A stretch of DNA of 64,000 nt, taken from the NCBI GenBank assembly GCA_032718475.1, contig JAUCBJ010002429.1, forward strand, positions 77,503 to 141,502. Reading direction: 5' to 3'. Numbering within the stretch: the first letter of the stretch is position 1; each line of letters opens with the position of its first letter. Source of the DNA: Nemertoderma westbladi (lineage: Eukaryota; Animalia; Xenacoelomorpha). The notes beneath the pieces are model-generated. The model had not been told where the DNA came from and searched no databases. It saw only the letters and a program-made list of their open reading frames with translations. Positions 33,001-45,619 of the stretch are shown here, piece after piece. Position numbers and translations under genes: made by a program.

Positions 33001-34080
33001 ATGACGTCTTTGTTAAGTGGAACCAGTCGTTCTTCTTCAAAGTATTCTTATGCAACGACTGCGGAAGAAATCGAATTGGGCGAGGTTGAGCGGCCGGAGA
33101 AAATACAAGCAGAAAATGTTGAGGGGGACATTACGAACGAACCACCGCAGAACTATTCAGAACAAAGGAACTGGTTGTGCCGAATCCTGACTGCTCCTGA
33201 ACATCAGATAAAAGTTTCCTTCGCAATAATCACATCTCTTCTGGCATTTATTATCACTGTGATATTACTTATGGCACTGTTACGACCTGGACCAACCGTG
33301 TCGACCACTATCAGCTCAATAAGGGAAGGTCATGGTGGAACAACATCTACAATCGCCATGACTACAATTGGTACTACCACAACTACAAACATCACTTCTA
33401 TATTAGGTCCCACCGCAACTACAAACTCGAAGACTATCATTACTTCAACCACCATCTCCAATAAAGAAGAATTTTATCACTCGTTTATCGCATGTTATAG
33501 AATTGCGTCACTATGCGATCTCTACGCTCATTCTGATATATGCCATAACGCTACACAATCCTGGACCCAATATACCGTCGATTACCGTCATCCCATTGGT
33601 TTTCTATATACCTCCAACAATCAATCCAGATGCGACGGAGGTTGGATTATCTTCTATAGACAAATCGATAACGACATTGACTTATGGTATAGGCCAAAAG
33701 GTAGTCATGATGAATACTGGGACTGGGGATTCGGAGATCCCAACGGATCGTACTTCCTAGGCTTGTATAATATCTATCTGCTGACTAACGGGAAGGATTG
33801 TTACGTAAAGGTCGACTTGGGTAACTCGACGAAAAACTACCGTAACTTTACGGTAGATTGGCAGGCTTATGATTATGTGCTAAAGATTTCTAGTTATACC
33901 CATTCAGGTCCTGCTGGGACCGCTGCTACCGGTGTATTGGATAATGAAATATACGATCTGACTGGCCTGGATAACAAGAAGTTTGACACCAGTATTGGAT
34001 GGTGGACTGGTGGAACTCATCCAAAGCATTGGGTACCGCGGAAGAACACATTAGAGATGAAACTTAAATGTAAGCCGTAA
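33001..34080 (+). CDS. Type II membrane fibrinogen C-terminal domain (FReD) protein with FIBCD1-like architecture; intronless
   Basis: TM segment VSFAIITSLLAFIITVILLMALL, Thr-rich stalk, CDGGWIIFYRQ, GFGDPNGSYFLGLYNIYLLT, VKVDL, YVLKISSY, GWW, EMKLK. Confidence 0.85.
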   Translation: MTSLLSGTSRSSSKYSYATTAEEIELGEVERPEKIQAENVEGDITNEPPQNYSEQRNWLCRILTAPEHQIKVSFAIITSLLAFIITVILLMALLRPGPTVSTTISSIREGHGGTTSTIAMTTIGTTTTTNITSILGPTATTNSKTIITSTTISNKEEFYHSFIACYRIASLCDLYAHSDICHNATQSWTQYTVDYRHPIGFLYTSNNQSRCDGGWIIFYRQIDNDIDLWYRPKGSHDEYWDWGFGDPNGSYFLGLYNIYLLTNGKDCYVKVDLGNSTKNYRNFTVDWQAYDYVLKISSYTHSGPAGTAATGVLDNEIYDLTGLDNKKFDTSIGWWTGGTHPKHWVPRKNTLEMKLKCKP

Positions 34081-34679
34081 CGAACCTAAGAGTTCAAGTT
34101 CAAGTTCCAGAAATAAACAAACTGCACCGTAGCCCGTACAGCCGTAGCAATAGGTTACTTATTGTGTTTGTGTAACAAAAACAAACCAATATAATATTCC
34201 ACAAATAGTAAGCAACAATAATAGAAACAGAAATAGTTCGACCAACATGTTTTATTAATAATAGGCCTATCCTCTGAGTTACAATAAACAAATGAACGGC
34301 ACAGCCGTAGCTCGTGTGCCCTCTGTTGGGAACGTCGGTTACAGGAACCGCGGTATGAATCCCATAAAGGATAGATGGAACCCGTAGACCCAACAGGTGA
34401 CGTAGATTGTAACAGCGGTCTTTTCACAACAAACTATTTGTTATTATTAACAAGCTATTTGTTTGCTTTATTATAACACAAGTTGCTTGGTAACTGCTCA
34501 ATAGAACAATTTCCTATTGTTAATGATATACAGTTAGCTAGCTACTTTTTATAGACAAATCACTACAACCACTTTAATATTATGTAGTATATTATCGTAT
34601 TATATTGTATTAGCAAGGTGACTTTATTGAACGTTCAGTGCTGTTTAGAAAATAAATTGAAGGTACTTTAAAAGATATC

Positions 34680-36340
34680 CTAACAATAACAATCATATTG
34701 CTCTATCAGAATCTCTTACAAACTTTGTAAAATGGTGTTATACATGGCAAATGACAATCGCTATCGAAAAATGTACAGTATTAAATATTGGAACTAAGAA
34801 TTTTGAACGCGTTGACTACAATATTGATTCCACCATATTGACACGAGTTGATCATTGCCGCGACCTGGGTGTAATTATTGACTCATCATTGTCATTTCAA
34901 AACCACATTAATGCTATTTGTAAAAAGGCATACTATGTTATTAGCGTGATTTTTAAAATGTTCTGTACCAATAACCGCCAAGCACTATTGAGAGCCTATA
35001 CGACCTTTGCGAGACCTCTTGTGGAATATGCTACTACTGTTTGGAATCCGTTCCTATCAACTACTTGTAAAGAGGGTTATCTCGGTTCCATCGATAAACT
35101 CGAAAAAGTTCAAAGATTGTTTACACGAAGGTTGTTTTATCGATGTTCGCTTGATCCAAAGACACCATACTTTGAACGACTTCGTATTCTATGTCTCGAA
35201 TCACTCGAACTGCGCCGTCTCCGACTTGATCTAACTATGACCTTCAAAATAATTCGTGAAGATCTTGGTCTGGTGGATGTCCCTAACTTAATCAACCGCT
35301 TTAACATTAGTAACAATTGTAGAACACGTGGACATAAGTACAAGTTATTTAAACCAAATGTGGCATCATGCTTAATACAAAATAGCTTTTTCTTTAGAGT
35401 AATCAACCCTTGGAACGGATTACCGGCCAATGTAGTTGAGGCTACATCACTAGGTTCCTTTAAAACTCTATTACGTGATGTTGATTTGACCTCATACTTG
35501 AAAGCATTCCGTAATCTACCATAATAATAGTCCAAAAGAACATAAACTTTTATATTTTTATTTCAATATTTCATTACTTTAAATACATTATTTCTACATT
35601 ATTTTAATTCAATAAACCTACATTACATAATATACTTATTTTATTAAACATTGCTTATTTTAAGAATAAAACTACTAACTTGAAACATTTTATTTTATTA
35701 ATTTTTAAGTATTTTAATATTTTAATGTGTTGTTTGTTGCTATTTTAAGATCACTATCGTACAGACTTATTTTAATTTATTTTATGTATTTTAAAAATAA
35801 TTCACTACATACTTATTTTATATTGTATATCGCATATTCTAACATACGTCCATTATTTTAAATACATTATTTTAATTCAATAAACCTACATTACATAATA
35901 TCCTTATTTTATTAAACACGGCTTATTTTAAGAATAAAACTACTAACTTTAACTTAAAATAATTAAATCTTAAATCATTTTATTTTATTAAATTTTAAGT
36001 ATTTTAATGTGCTGTTTGTTTCTATTTTAAGATCACTATCCTACAGACTTATTTTAATTTATTTTATGTATTTTAAAAAAAATATCTTACATACTTATTT
36101 TATATTGTATATCGCATACACCAACATACTTACCAATAGTAATAAATTTGTTTTTATATCGGTGTATTGTATAGTATACTATATGTATATTAATATTTGA
36201 TTATTTAGATACGGCCTCTATCAGTCACTCAGTGAATGTTTAAAAAAATGATTGATCTTGTTTTATTGTGTTGTGCATGTTGGTGCGTTTTTACTTATAG
36301 AAGTAAATAAAAACTTTCCATTTCCATTTCCATTTCCATC
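34680..36340 (+). mobile_element. 5'-truncated CR1-clade LINE (ORF2 C-terminus 34751-35524 plus 3' UTR)
   Basis: RDLGVIIDSSLSF, RPLVEYATTVWNP, LEKVQR, LESLELRRLRLDL, RTRGH, FFFRVINPWNGLP; AATAAA then (TTTCCA)4 tail; duplication of about 280 bp in the 3' UTR. Confidence 0.9.
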
Positions 36341-36854
36341 CTAATCTTTTGTGATTGCTTTACAATTTTACAATATGGGTTGTGGGTGTGTTAGGTACTA
36401 CTGTAGTGTGTTTTGTGAAATTTTTTTATAGCTAGTTTTTTTTTTATTTAATACTGTAAAGCTATATAAAAAGATAATTGATAACTAATCGTATAATCTG
36501 CCATGAAAGAATCATGCAATTTGTGATATTGTTGACCGAAGCCCTCACATTGTCGAAAGAAACATTGTTGTCTCCATAATCACCACATATTACGTATAAT
36601 ATAATAAATAATCCTAAATATCCTAAAATACAATTATAACTTTCTGCACAAATTACTCACAGTTCTCACAACCGTGAGTCTGTGCCAATATTGAAGACTG
36701 AGCTCACAATTCCGGGTTGTCTCAAACTATAATTACTACATTATCATTAAGCTGAATAGCACTGCTGATATACTGTATTTATCGCCTGACTTTGTGTTAC
36801 ATCAAATTGTACTGTATCTCATAAATTGTACTGAACACCGGAATTGTTTGCTTG

Positions 36855-36860
<6 letters not shown>

Positions 36861-36886
<26 letters not shown>

Positions 36887-37539
36887 TACACCATTTTCGG
36901 ACAACTCTTCGATTTATCACGCTCAGCGTTTCAAAATTGTTTGGTTTTGGCTAAAATTTGTCATATAGGTGCCTAAGATGCTATTCCACATGACAGGTCA
37001 GAAAAGTATTTTTTTCGCTATTTAATATTAGTTAATACTAGTTAACAATAAAAAAAAACTTGGTTGCGCTTAAAACCCTAAGGCTTTTACAGTTTTGAAT
37101 CTAATCACATGAAAGTTTTTTATATGATAGATCAAAGATGGGGCAACATAACTATCAGGCGAAATTTTGTGAAAAAAAATTCTGCACCGCTAGGTGGCGC
37201 TGCAAATTTATGCTAATTTTTAGGTTTGTTATAAATAGTATTTAAATTTTATTAACAAAAAATTTCGAAAAGTTGTCTAATACTTTTATGCAGGGTGGCT
37301 ATCTAGACACCCACTTTTTTGAAGTTGACAATTTCATAAAAAAATATTTGGAGATAATCGACCTTTCATTATACATAGTAAAAGTAATTTCAATAGGAAT
37401 CCCTAAATGGAAATTTATATAACTTGAGAACTAGAAGAGCTATTAAATAGCGGTTTTCAGATTTTGAAACATCATTCAATGGTTCAATAGACGATAAAAG
37501 AAAAATCGACATACTTTGGACCAAAATGGTGTACCCCCC
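36861..37539. mobile_element. Non-autonomous DNA transposon (MITE), Harbinger- or Kolobok-like
   Basis: TIRs GGGGGTACACCATTTT / AAAATGGTGTACCCCC; flanks TTA and TTA(A). Confidence 0.8.
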
Positions 37540-37639
37540 TTAACTAATTATTATTGAAACAATAATGGCGATAAATAAATGACATAAATTGCACATACAT
37601 AATAAAAACGGGTATTGCCAATGAAGCTTACTCAAATTC

Positions 37640-40600
37640 CGATTACAATTTATGACACTAACATCAAAATGGTCGTCATCCGGAATTTCCCAAAAGTCAG
37701 GCCAAGGCCTATGACTGGGATGATGACGCCCTAGTACATAATCATAATATTCCCCGTTTCACCCCAGACTACCCAGGCGTACAGATGTTGATAGGCCAAA
37801 ATGTACCCGAGGCCTGAGAAATTCTGGAGAAACGACCCAGACATACAGCACCAATGTCAGCCTACGCCTGTCGGACGAGAGTGGGATGGTTCTGTACCGG
37901 GCCTTCCCGGAAAACTCTATTAGAACGAAAAGGGCCGACAAGTACAGACGCCAACACTTGCAATTTAGTGACCCACCTTTGCAATGAGATCATAGAGACA
38001 GAAGAGGACGTCTTGACTACCCCTGACCAAACCGACAGCGATAGTGACGCACCCCTGTCCTCAGACCAAGACTGTTTCCTTACTAGGTACAGTGAACCCG
38101 ACATCATGTCCCCAATGACCGACCAAGAATTGCTTAGCATCCAGCTGGAGCTGTGTAATTTACTACACGCACCTCCCACCTGCAGCAAGAACTGAGTGAG
38201 CTCGAGGAAGCCATGCGTCTTTTAAAGTTAGAAGAGCATACCGTCACCTGGATGCAGCAGGATATACTTGAGCAAAACTCCAATGACAAGGCATTATCAG
38301 TGGAAGAGGAGCAAGCAAAGCAGATTCAGAGAACCACCACCAGGTTTTTGCCGGAACAAGGCAAATACGAAGTGGGGCTTCTCTGGCGGTCCCCCCAAAC
38401 CCAAACTCTTCTTTGTAAGCGCCTCACCAATTATTGAGTCGTATCAAACTTTATTGTCCCTACTGCCGTATTAACGACGATCACATCTTCTTCTCCTGTT
38501 TAGTCTTTGCCACCCAGTGCAAGCGTTGCCAACTCAAGGGACACAGTAGTCCAAACTGCCCCTTTGGCCCCAACATCGAGGTAGAAGATGAAACAAGCAT
38601 CACCCAATATACTCGATCGTGGGAAGGATGCGCAGATCTCAACGCGACCACCACGTCCCGATATGCCGCAGCAAAAGCTTACCTCAGTGTATACGCAGTT
38701 GTCCCCTTCACCTGCACAATGAATGTTCGGCGTGCTTGGCTACCGAGTTACGAGCTCCTCAACCGTGTAGCTTCCTGCACAAACACCCGCTTCGTCCGAC
38801 GCTTCCTTCGCGAGATACACCCTGAGCGTGCGACGTCCTATGATATAATAAAGTTTGTTAGTGACTCCACATTTTATGGTCCACAGTTCCCGGAAGGACA
38901 TCCCAAGCTGCTCCCATAGCATCGAGTTTTTAGCGAATACGCTCAATGTGAAATACCAGTTCTCCACACTGTGCCTCCGAGAATTTTCCTCAGCAAGCAA
39001 CCCCTGTTTGGTGTCGTTACCCAAACCGTCCCCTCCGGACCAGTGCAAGCTGCTGTGTGGAAGCGCTTAGCTGCTCCTCCGGGATTAGAGATCCATCGAC
39101 CGGCTGTCAACTCGGGCGTAACGAGACAGGTTGAGTTCCTGTCCTTGCCCAGTACCTCCACCGGGACATACACCGACCATCCGACTTCACCGACACCAGA
39201 TGCGGTAGATATACACCCGGGTCCCAATGAGACGCTTGCAAGTGACGACATGACGTTACCCGCGCCCCAAACGCCTGCGAAGACGAGGAAACGACTCTTT
39301 ATGCGAAGTACACCCAAGCATCCTAAGCGAAATCTATGATATAAGATTACTATCAGTTAGCCTGTCAATCTTTATAAAATCACTACTCGTTCGTCAACCG
39401 TTAAGTACATTATAAAACTATAATATTTGTAAATAATAAACAATATGTACTTCCCATTATAAGAGTGAAACTTGATATATTAGTCAAATTTATGTATTTT
39501 TATATTTGAAGGATAATATGACTCAATACTTACCTACTTACGTCGATTAATTTACAGACCTACCATATTTGTAAATATATCAAACTTTAATATTTGTTTG
39601 AGAGGTCGTTTAATACTTATTTAGTCCTACTGAAAGTGACTCAACGAACTTTATTATTTTATATGAGGAATTTGATCTACCTTAATTAATTTCATTTAAT
39701 TATTTAGTTAGATTGTTTATCGCATTTAATCGTATGTAGTAAGTATCCAATATCGACGTTGCCTTTAACCGTTGAAAGATTGTATATACCCCTTTCCATG
39801 CAAATTTCCGATAAAACTCCATATTGTGTTATTCATAGAATGATTGTTGAACTTGTACGAAATTTTAGGGAATGGTTTTGCTGCACACGCTAACTGCATG
39901 TCGAAATCTTATATTTTTATCAGAGAATTATTCAACTTCTGTGCACATAATATTCACCTCAAATCCGTGTTGTATATCACTGTTAAGATTGTTTGTCCGT
40001 TGCCCAGCATCGGTTTCCGTAACTCTAAAGCTCCTATTGGTTGCCATATTTTACGATGTCCTTGCGCCCTATTGGCTGTTTCATTTCTTACAGTGCTATA
40101 ATAATCGATGTTTATCCTGCTATTTTAGGCATAACCTTATAACTTCTTAATCCTGTTACGAGTCATGAAACTAGCACGACCTATGAAATTTCACCTTACT
40201 GTATCGCATCATAGCTTACTGTACATATTATTGTAACTTGCTGTGTTGCATTATTATCTTATTGCATTGCATCAATAACTTGCTGTGCGTATTAAATCTT
40301 ATCGTTATAGTTATTGTGCTTATTGTGCTTTACGTTGTTAGCCTGACTGTGTATATTCTGTTTGTTTGTATATGTATTAGTACAGTATTTTTATGGGCCA
40401 ACTGGGCCTGAAATAAAGCCAATAATAATAATAATAATAATAGTTATTATTATTGATGAATATATAATACCAGAGATCACACCAACTTGATTTCCATACG
40501 GTTAGTGCTGACTGTGCCCTGTCTGTAATATATTCGGTTCATTTAGTGCGAGTGTGTGCGTCCATAGTACTGCAATATTATTCCCCAACTAGTAACTATG

Positions 40601-40743
40601 ATCTATTGATACTATGATGCGTGCAGTACGAGTGAACTGTGCGCTTACCACGCACTAGGTCCAACATAGTGTCCTACCTGTAATATATATAAGTCACACG
40701 TACATTTACCCGCCAACAACACAACATAACGGAACGGTTTACA
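37640..40743 (+). mobile_element. Degenerate, internally deleted BEL element C related to B: protease-region fragment joined to the accessory ORF C-terminus, then a probable 3' LTR
   Basis: IKMVVIRNF, GVQMLIGQN, YACRTRVGWFCTGPSR, DKALSVEEEQAKQIQ match B pol; from about 38434 CPYCRINDDHIF...CKRCQLKGHSSPNCP...LPSYELL...FVRRFLR match B ORF2. Confidence 0.85.
39876..40743 (+). repeat. Probable 3' LTR of element C
   Basis: Follows ORF2 and a purine tract AGGGAATGG, ends GGTTTACA; diverged second copy at 44522-45600; weak similarity to the B LTR. Confidence 0.6.
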
Positions 40744-41028
40744 CATAAATATTACTTTATTAGCTTGAAGCAGTTTATAGTGCCGAAGCTATATACTTAC
40801 AGTGAAAGTGTATTTTTAAACGGTGTGAGGAGACCTGGACACTGACGAAATCACTTGAACAACGAATTGATGGTTGTTACACAAACCTAATAAGTTCAGA
40901 CTTCCAGTCTGAAGGTCACCAGTTCGAGCCAATCTGGACAGGGCCCGATTAAGCAATGGTGAGGCCCTAGACCAAAGAAAAATTTGAGGCCCCCAAAAAG
41001 GCACTAGTGTGCCTTGCAAGCAAAGGCA

Positions 41029-41417
41029 CAGTACCGCTGGGTGAGTACAAAACAAAGACCCAATTAAGTAACCTGCATAATCTTGTAACATGTGATAACA
41101 TTCGTTTTTTGTTTTGGTTCCCCCAATACACCTCTGTTACCTGCTCCTTTAAATGGCAATGGATTGGGACTTAAAGCTCTTTAAGACCCTTACTCGTCAT
41201 AAATATTTATAAAGCTCTTTGGGACCTGTACAAAACAAAGAGGTAAAGTCGCGTTATGTCCCATTGCCATTTATAGGAGCAGGATAGTAGGGAGCAGGTT
41301 ATAGAGGCGTGTTGACGGAACAAAAATAATAAACGAAAGTTAACACATGTGAATTGTAGAGGTCCTTAGTCTTTAGTCTTTGGCTCTTTGTTTTGTACTC
41401 ACCCCAGTAGCCTACTG
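41029..41417. mobile_element. Palindromic MITE
   Basis: CAGTA...GGGTGAGTACAAAACAAAGA versus TCTTTGTTTTGTACTCACCCC...TACTG, with further internal inverted similarity. Confidence 0.65.
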
Positions 41418-41542
41418 GTAGTGCAGCTCAAATAAATCGCATATTTTTCAACCTTCAATTTTCTTTGAGGAATAATAAATAAATATGCAATTTATATTTT
41501 TTTCTTCACAAATTCTTCTTCACAAAATCACTTCACAGAGAG

Positions 41543-43410
41543 AGCCGACAAAGACCTGGAGAGGGGCCACCGATCCAACAACGATCCGGAGGGGGATGCC
41601 GAGCCGACAACGACCCGGAGAGGGGCCGCCGAGCTGACGACGATCCGGAGAGGGGCCGCCGAGCCAACGACGATCCGGAGTGGGGATGCCGAGCCGACTA
41701 CGATCCGGAGTGGGGATGTTGAGCTGACAACGATCCGGAGTGAGGATGCCGAGGCGACGACGATCCGGAGTGGGGAGGCTGAGCCAACAACGACCCGGAG
41801 ATGGGCACTGAGCCAACGACGATCCGGAGTGGGGATGCCAAGCCGACAACGATCTGGAGTGGGGATGCCAAGCCGACGACGATCCGGAGAGGGGCCGCCG
41901 AGCCGACGATGATAGATGCAGAGCCGACGACGATCCGGAGTGGGGATGCCAAGCCAAAAAACGATCCAGAGAGGGGCCGCCGAGCCGGCGACGACCCAGA
42001 GAGGGTCCGCCGAGCCGGCGACGACCCAGAGAGGGGCCGCCGAGCCGATGACGATCCGGAGCGGGGATGCCGAACCGACAACAACCCGGAGAGGGGCCGC
42101 AGAGCCGACGACTATCCAGAGTTGGGATGGCGAGCTGACGACGATCTGGAGTGGGGAAGCCGAGCCGACGACGATCCGGAGAGGGGCTGCTGAGCCGACG
42201 ACGATCCGGAGTGGGGAGGCCGAGCCGACAATGACCCAGAGAGGGGCCACTGAGCCAACGACGATCCAGAGGGGGATGCCAAGCCGACATCAACCCGGAG
42301 AGGGGCTGCCGAGCTGACGATGATCAGGAGAGGGGCTGCCAAGCCGACGACGATCCAGAGTGGGGATGCCGAGCTGACAACGACCCAGAGTGGGGATGCC
42401 GAGCCGACTACAACCCGGAGAGGGGCCGCCAAGCCGACGATGACCCAGAGAGGGGCTGTCGAGCCAATGACGATCCGTAGTGGGGATGCCAAGCCGACAA
42501 TGATCTGGAGTGGGGATACCGAGCCGACGACGATCCGGAGAGGGGCCGCCAGGCCGACGACGATCTGGAGTGGGGATGCCGAGCCGACGACGATCCGGAG
42601 TGGGGATGCTGAGCTTACAACGATCTGGAGTGAGGATGCCGAGCCGATGATGATCCAGAGTGGGGATGCCACGCCGGCGACGATCCAGAGTGGGGATGCC
42701 GAGCCGACGACGACCCAGAGAGGGGCCACCGAGCCGACAACGATCCGGAGTCGGGATACTGAGCCGACGACGATCCGGAGTGGGGATGCCGAGCTGACAA
42801 CGACCTGGAGAGGGGCCGTTGAGCGACGACGATCCGGAGCAGAGATGCAGAGCCGACAACGATCCGGAGTGGGGATGCAGAGCCGACAACGATCCGGAGA
42901 GGGGCCGCCGAGCCGACAACGACCCAGAGAGGGGTCGCTGAGCCGACGACAATCCGGAGTGGGGATGCCAAGCTGATGGCGATCTGGAGAGGGGCTGCCG
43001 AGCTAACGACGACCTGGAGAGGGGCCGTCGAGCCAACGACGATCCGGAGTGGGGATGCCGAGCCGACGATGATCTGGGATGGGGATGCCGAGCTGACGAC
43101 GATGCGGAGAGGGGCTGCCAAGTTGACAACGATCCAGAGAGGGGCCGCCGAGCCGACGACGACCCGGAGAGGGGCTGCAGAGCCGACGACGATCCAGAGT
43201 GGGGATGGCGAGCTGACGACGATCCGGAGTGGGGATGCCGAGCCGACAATGACCCGGAGAGGGGCCGCCGAGCCGATAACGATCCGGAGTGGGGATGCTG
43301 AGCCGACGACGATCCAGAGTGGGGATGCCAACCCAACGACGATCCGGAGTGCGGATGCCGGCCGACGACGATCCGGAGAGGGGCCACCGAGCCGACGATG
43401 ATCCGGAGTA
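41543..43410. repeat. GC-rich 30-bp minisatellite (about 60 units, two interspersed variants)
   Basis: Consensus GCCGAGCCGACGACGATCCGGAG followed by AGGGGCC or TGGGGAT. Confidence 0.95.
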
Positions 43411-44521
43411 TCAACTCGATACAGACCACCACTATGCAGACCCTGGACTGGGTAGGCCTGGGTATCCATACAGCCTATGACCCAGTCCGGGGAAGCTCAG
43501 AGATTAGAAAAATCACAGACTTCTTTCATAAAGAAATATTAACACCAAGCCCGGATATTGAATTAATCAATTTATCTGGTAGTCTGCCAAATAAACATTC
43601 AAATATCATAACAAACACTAGACTAATTAGTGAATCTTTAATCCCAAATATTAACTTAGGTGCAATTGCAACTTCCCCTAATGTTTGAAATATGCCAACC
43701 ATAGAGGATCTCGAAAGATGATGGGTCTTGGAACATTAGAGGAAAAGTTATATCGGATCTAAAACCCAAACACCATACATCCATACCACATCCACCTGTG
43801 TATGAAGTAGAAGACATATTATCTCCTGCCAAGAAGCATACATCGCATAACATATCTCCCAACAAACTTGCTAAAGATTATCTGTCTTCAGATAGAGTGA
43901 CAAGCAGTGGTGATGTTATTCAATTTCCCTCTGACACTGAAATTAACTATGTTTCACTTGATGTGGGGAAATGTCTTGAATCATCAGCTATAGAAGATAG
44001 TTTCTTTAGGTGAGTCCAAAGATCTTCCAAGTCTCACGTAGGAGCTATCGACTCAGCCCTCCCAGTTAAACTCTCTAAACCTTACAGCATAGACACTGCT
44101 GTCAAATTTATAGCAAACTGTTATTTGAACACAGATACTACCTAATCATCCCGGAATGCTCTAACAACCACTGGGTATTATATGTCGCCAATATTAAGGA
44201 CAGGGAGGTGTTATATTGGTAATTTTACAACAATAATAATAATAGGCTCGCGATATCACAACAACATATAATGATCAGTAATCATGTAATCAGCTACAAC
44301 GGTACTCTGTACTGTCTGCAAACAGCAGTACAGCATGCACGGCACATGCACATATATATATATCTAGGCCATGGCCTACTACACACTGTTGTAGGGCATG
44401 ATCTAGGCCTAAGTACAACACTGTAGTACAGTCCGGGATACAGTCAGTCCTGAGTTGTAGTTTTTTATATGAGTAATATGTCGTTAGGTCCTATATGAGT
44501 TATGCTCCTAACACAGGAGGT

Positions 44522-45600
44522 TTTTGCTGCACGGGCTAACTGCATATCGAAATCTTATATTTTTATCAGATAATCATTCAATTCCTGTGCGTATAACATT
44601 TATGCCTATGGGGCCGTGCAAGTATGACGTCTGCACTTTTCCCCAAAATGTTGACCCCCTCCCTCCCCTAAAACAGATGTCATCAGATAGGCGTTGACCC
44701 CCCCCCCCCCCCCTCCCCTAAATCAGATTAAAAATAATTTTTGCGTCCTAATCACTGAAACATGGTGACTGGTAACTGAAACAGAAGGTCCTGCTACGGG
44801 CCTTCGGGGGCTTCGAACAATTAAAATAGGCAAGCTATTTACTCTTCTGCTATATCTCTACTAGCACCTATAAATGAACATTGGCTTACCCCCTCCCCTC
44901 CCCTCATCAGCACGTCATCAGATTTGCCAACCCCCCCCCCCCCCCCCCCCCCTAAAGTGCTGACGTCATACTTGGACGGCCCCTAACTCGTGTTGTATAA
45001 CACCATGAACCTTGTTTATATGTTGCCTAGCAGCAGTTGTGGTAGTGCGGAACTCTCATTGGTAACTACCGGTGCAGGTATTCTTGCGTCCTATTGGCTG
45101 TTCTATTTTTGCAGTATTTACTTGTTTATATAGTCAATGTTCATCCCATTATTTCCAGGCGTAACCTAACATCATATTAGCCTGTTGCGAGTCATTGTAA
45201 CTACCGGACTCGTAATATTTCACCTTGCTGTGTGCATAGTAACTTGCTGCATGCATTTTAACATCTTGTTGTATTGCATTATTATTAATTACTATTATTG
45301 CATTGCTGTTGTTGATGAATATACGAGACCAGAGATCAAACCAACTCGATTTCTACACGGTTAGTGCTGACTGCGCCCTGTTTGTAATAGATTCGGTTCA
45401 TTTTAGTGCGAGTGTGTGCGTCCATAGTACTGCAATATTATTCCCCAACTAGTAAATATCATCTACTAATATTATGCATGCAGCACGCGTGAACTGTGCG
45501 CTTACCCCGCACTGAGTCAAACATAGTGTCCTACCGATAATATATGTAAGTCACACGTACATTTACTCGCCAACAACACAATAAAACGGAACGGTTTACA
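44522..45600 (+). repeat. Second diverged copy of the element C LTR-like repeat, interrupted by a MITE
   Basis: Colinear with 39876-40743 on both sides of the 44610-44983 insertion. Confidence 0.75.
44610..44983. mobile_element. PIF/Harbinger-like MITE
   Basis: 30-bp TIRs GGGGCCGT(G/C)CAAGTATGACGTC(T/A)GCACTTT; flanks TAT/TAA; absent from the paralogous site near 39960. Confidence 0.85.
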
Positions 45601-45619
45601 CGTGACTATCATGTAACTA

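Noticed and set aside
41520-43469. Long ORFs in the 30-bp array as genes
   Set aside because: The unit has few possible stops, so ORFs appear in most frames on both strands, and indels break them
44516-45605. Solo LTR with TSD
   Set aside because: Flanks GGAGG and CGTGA do not match and the 5' end lacks TG, so it is reported only as an LTR-like copy
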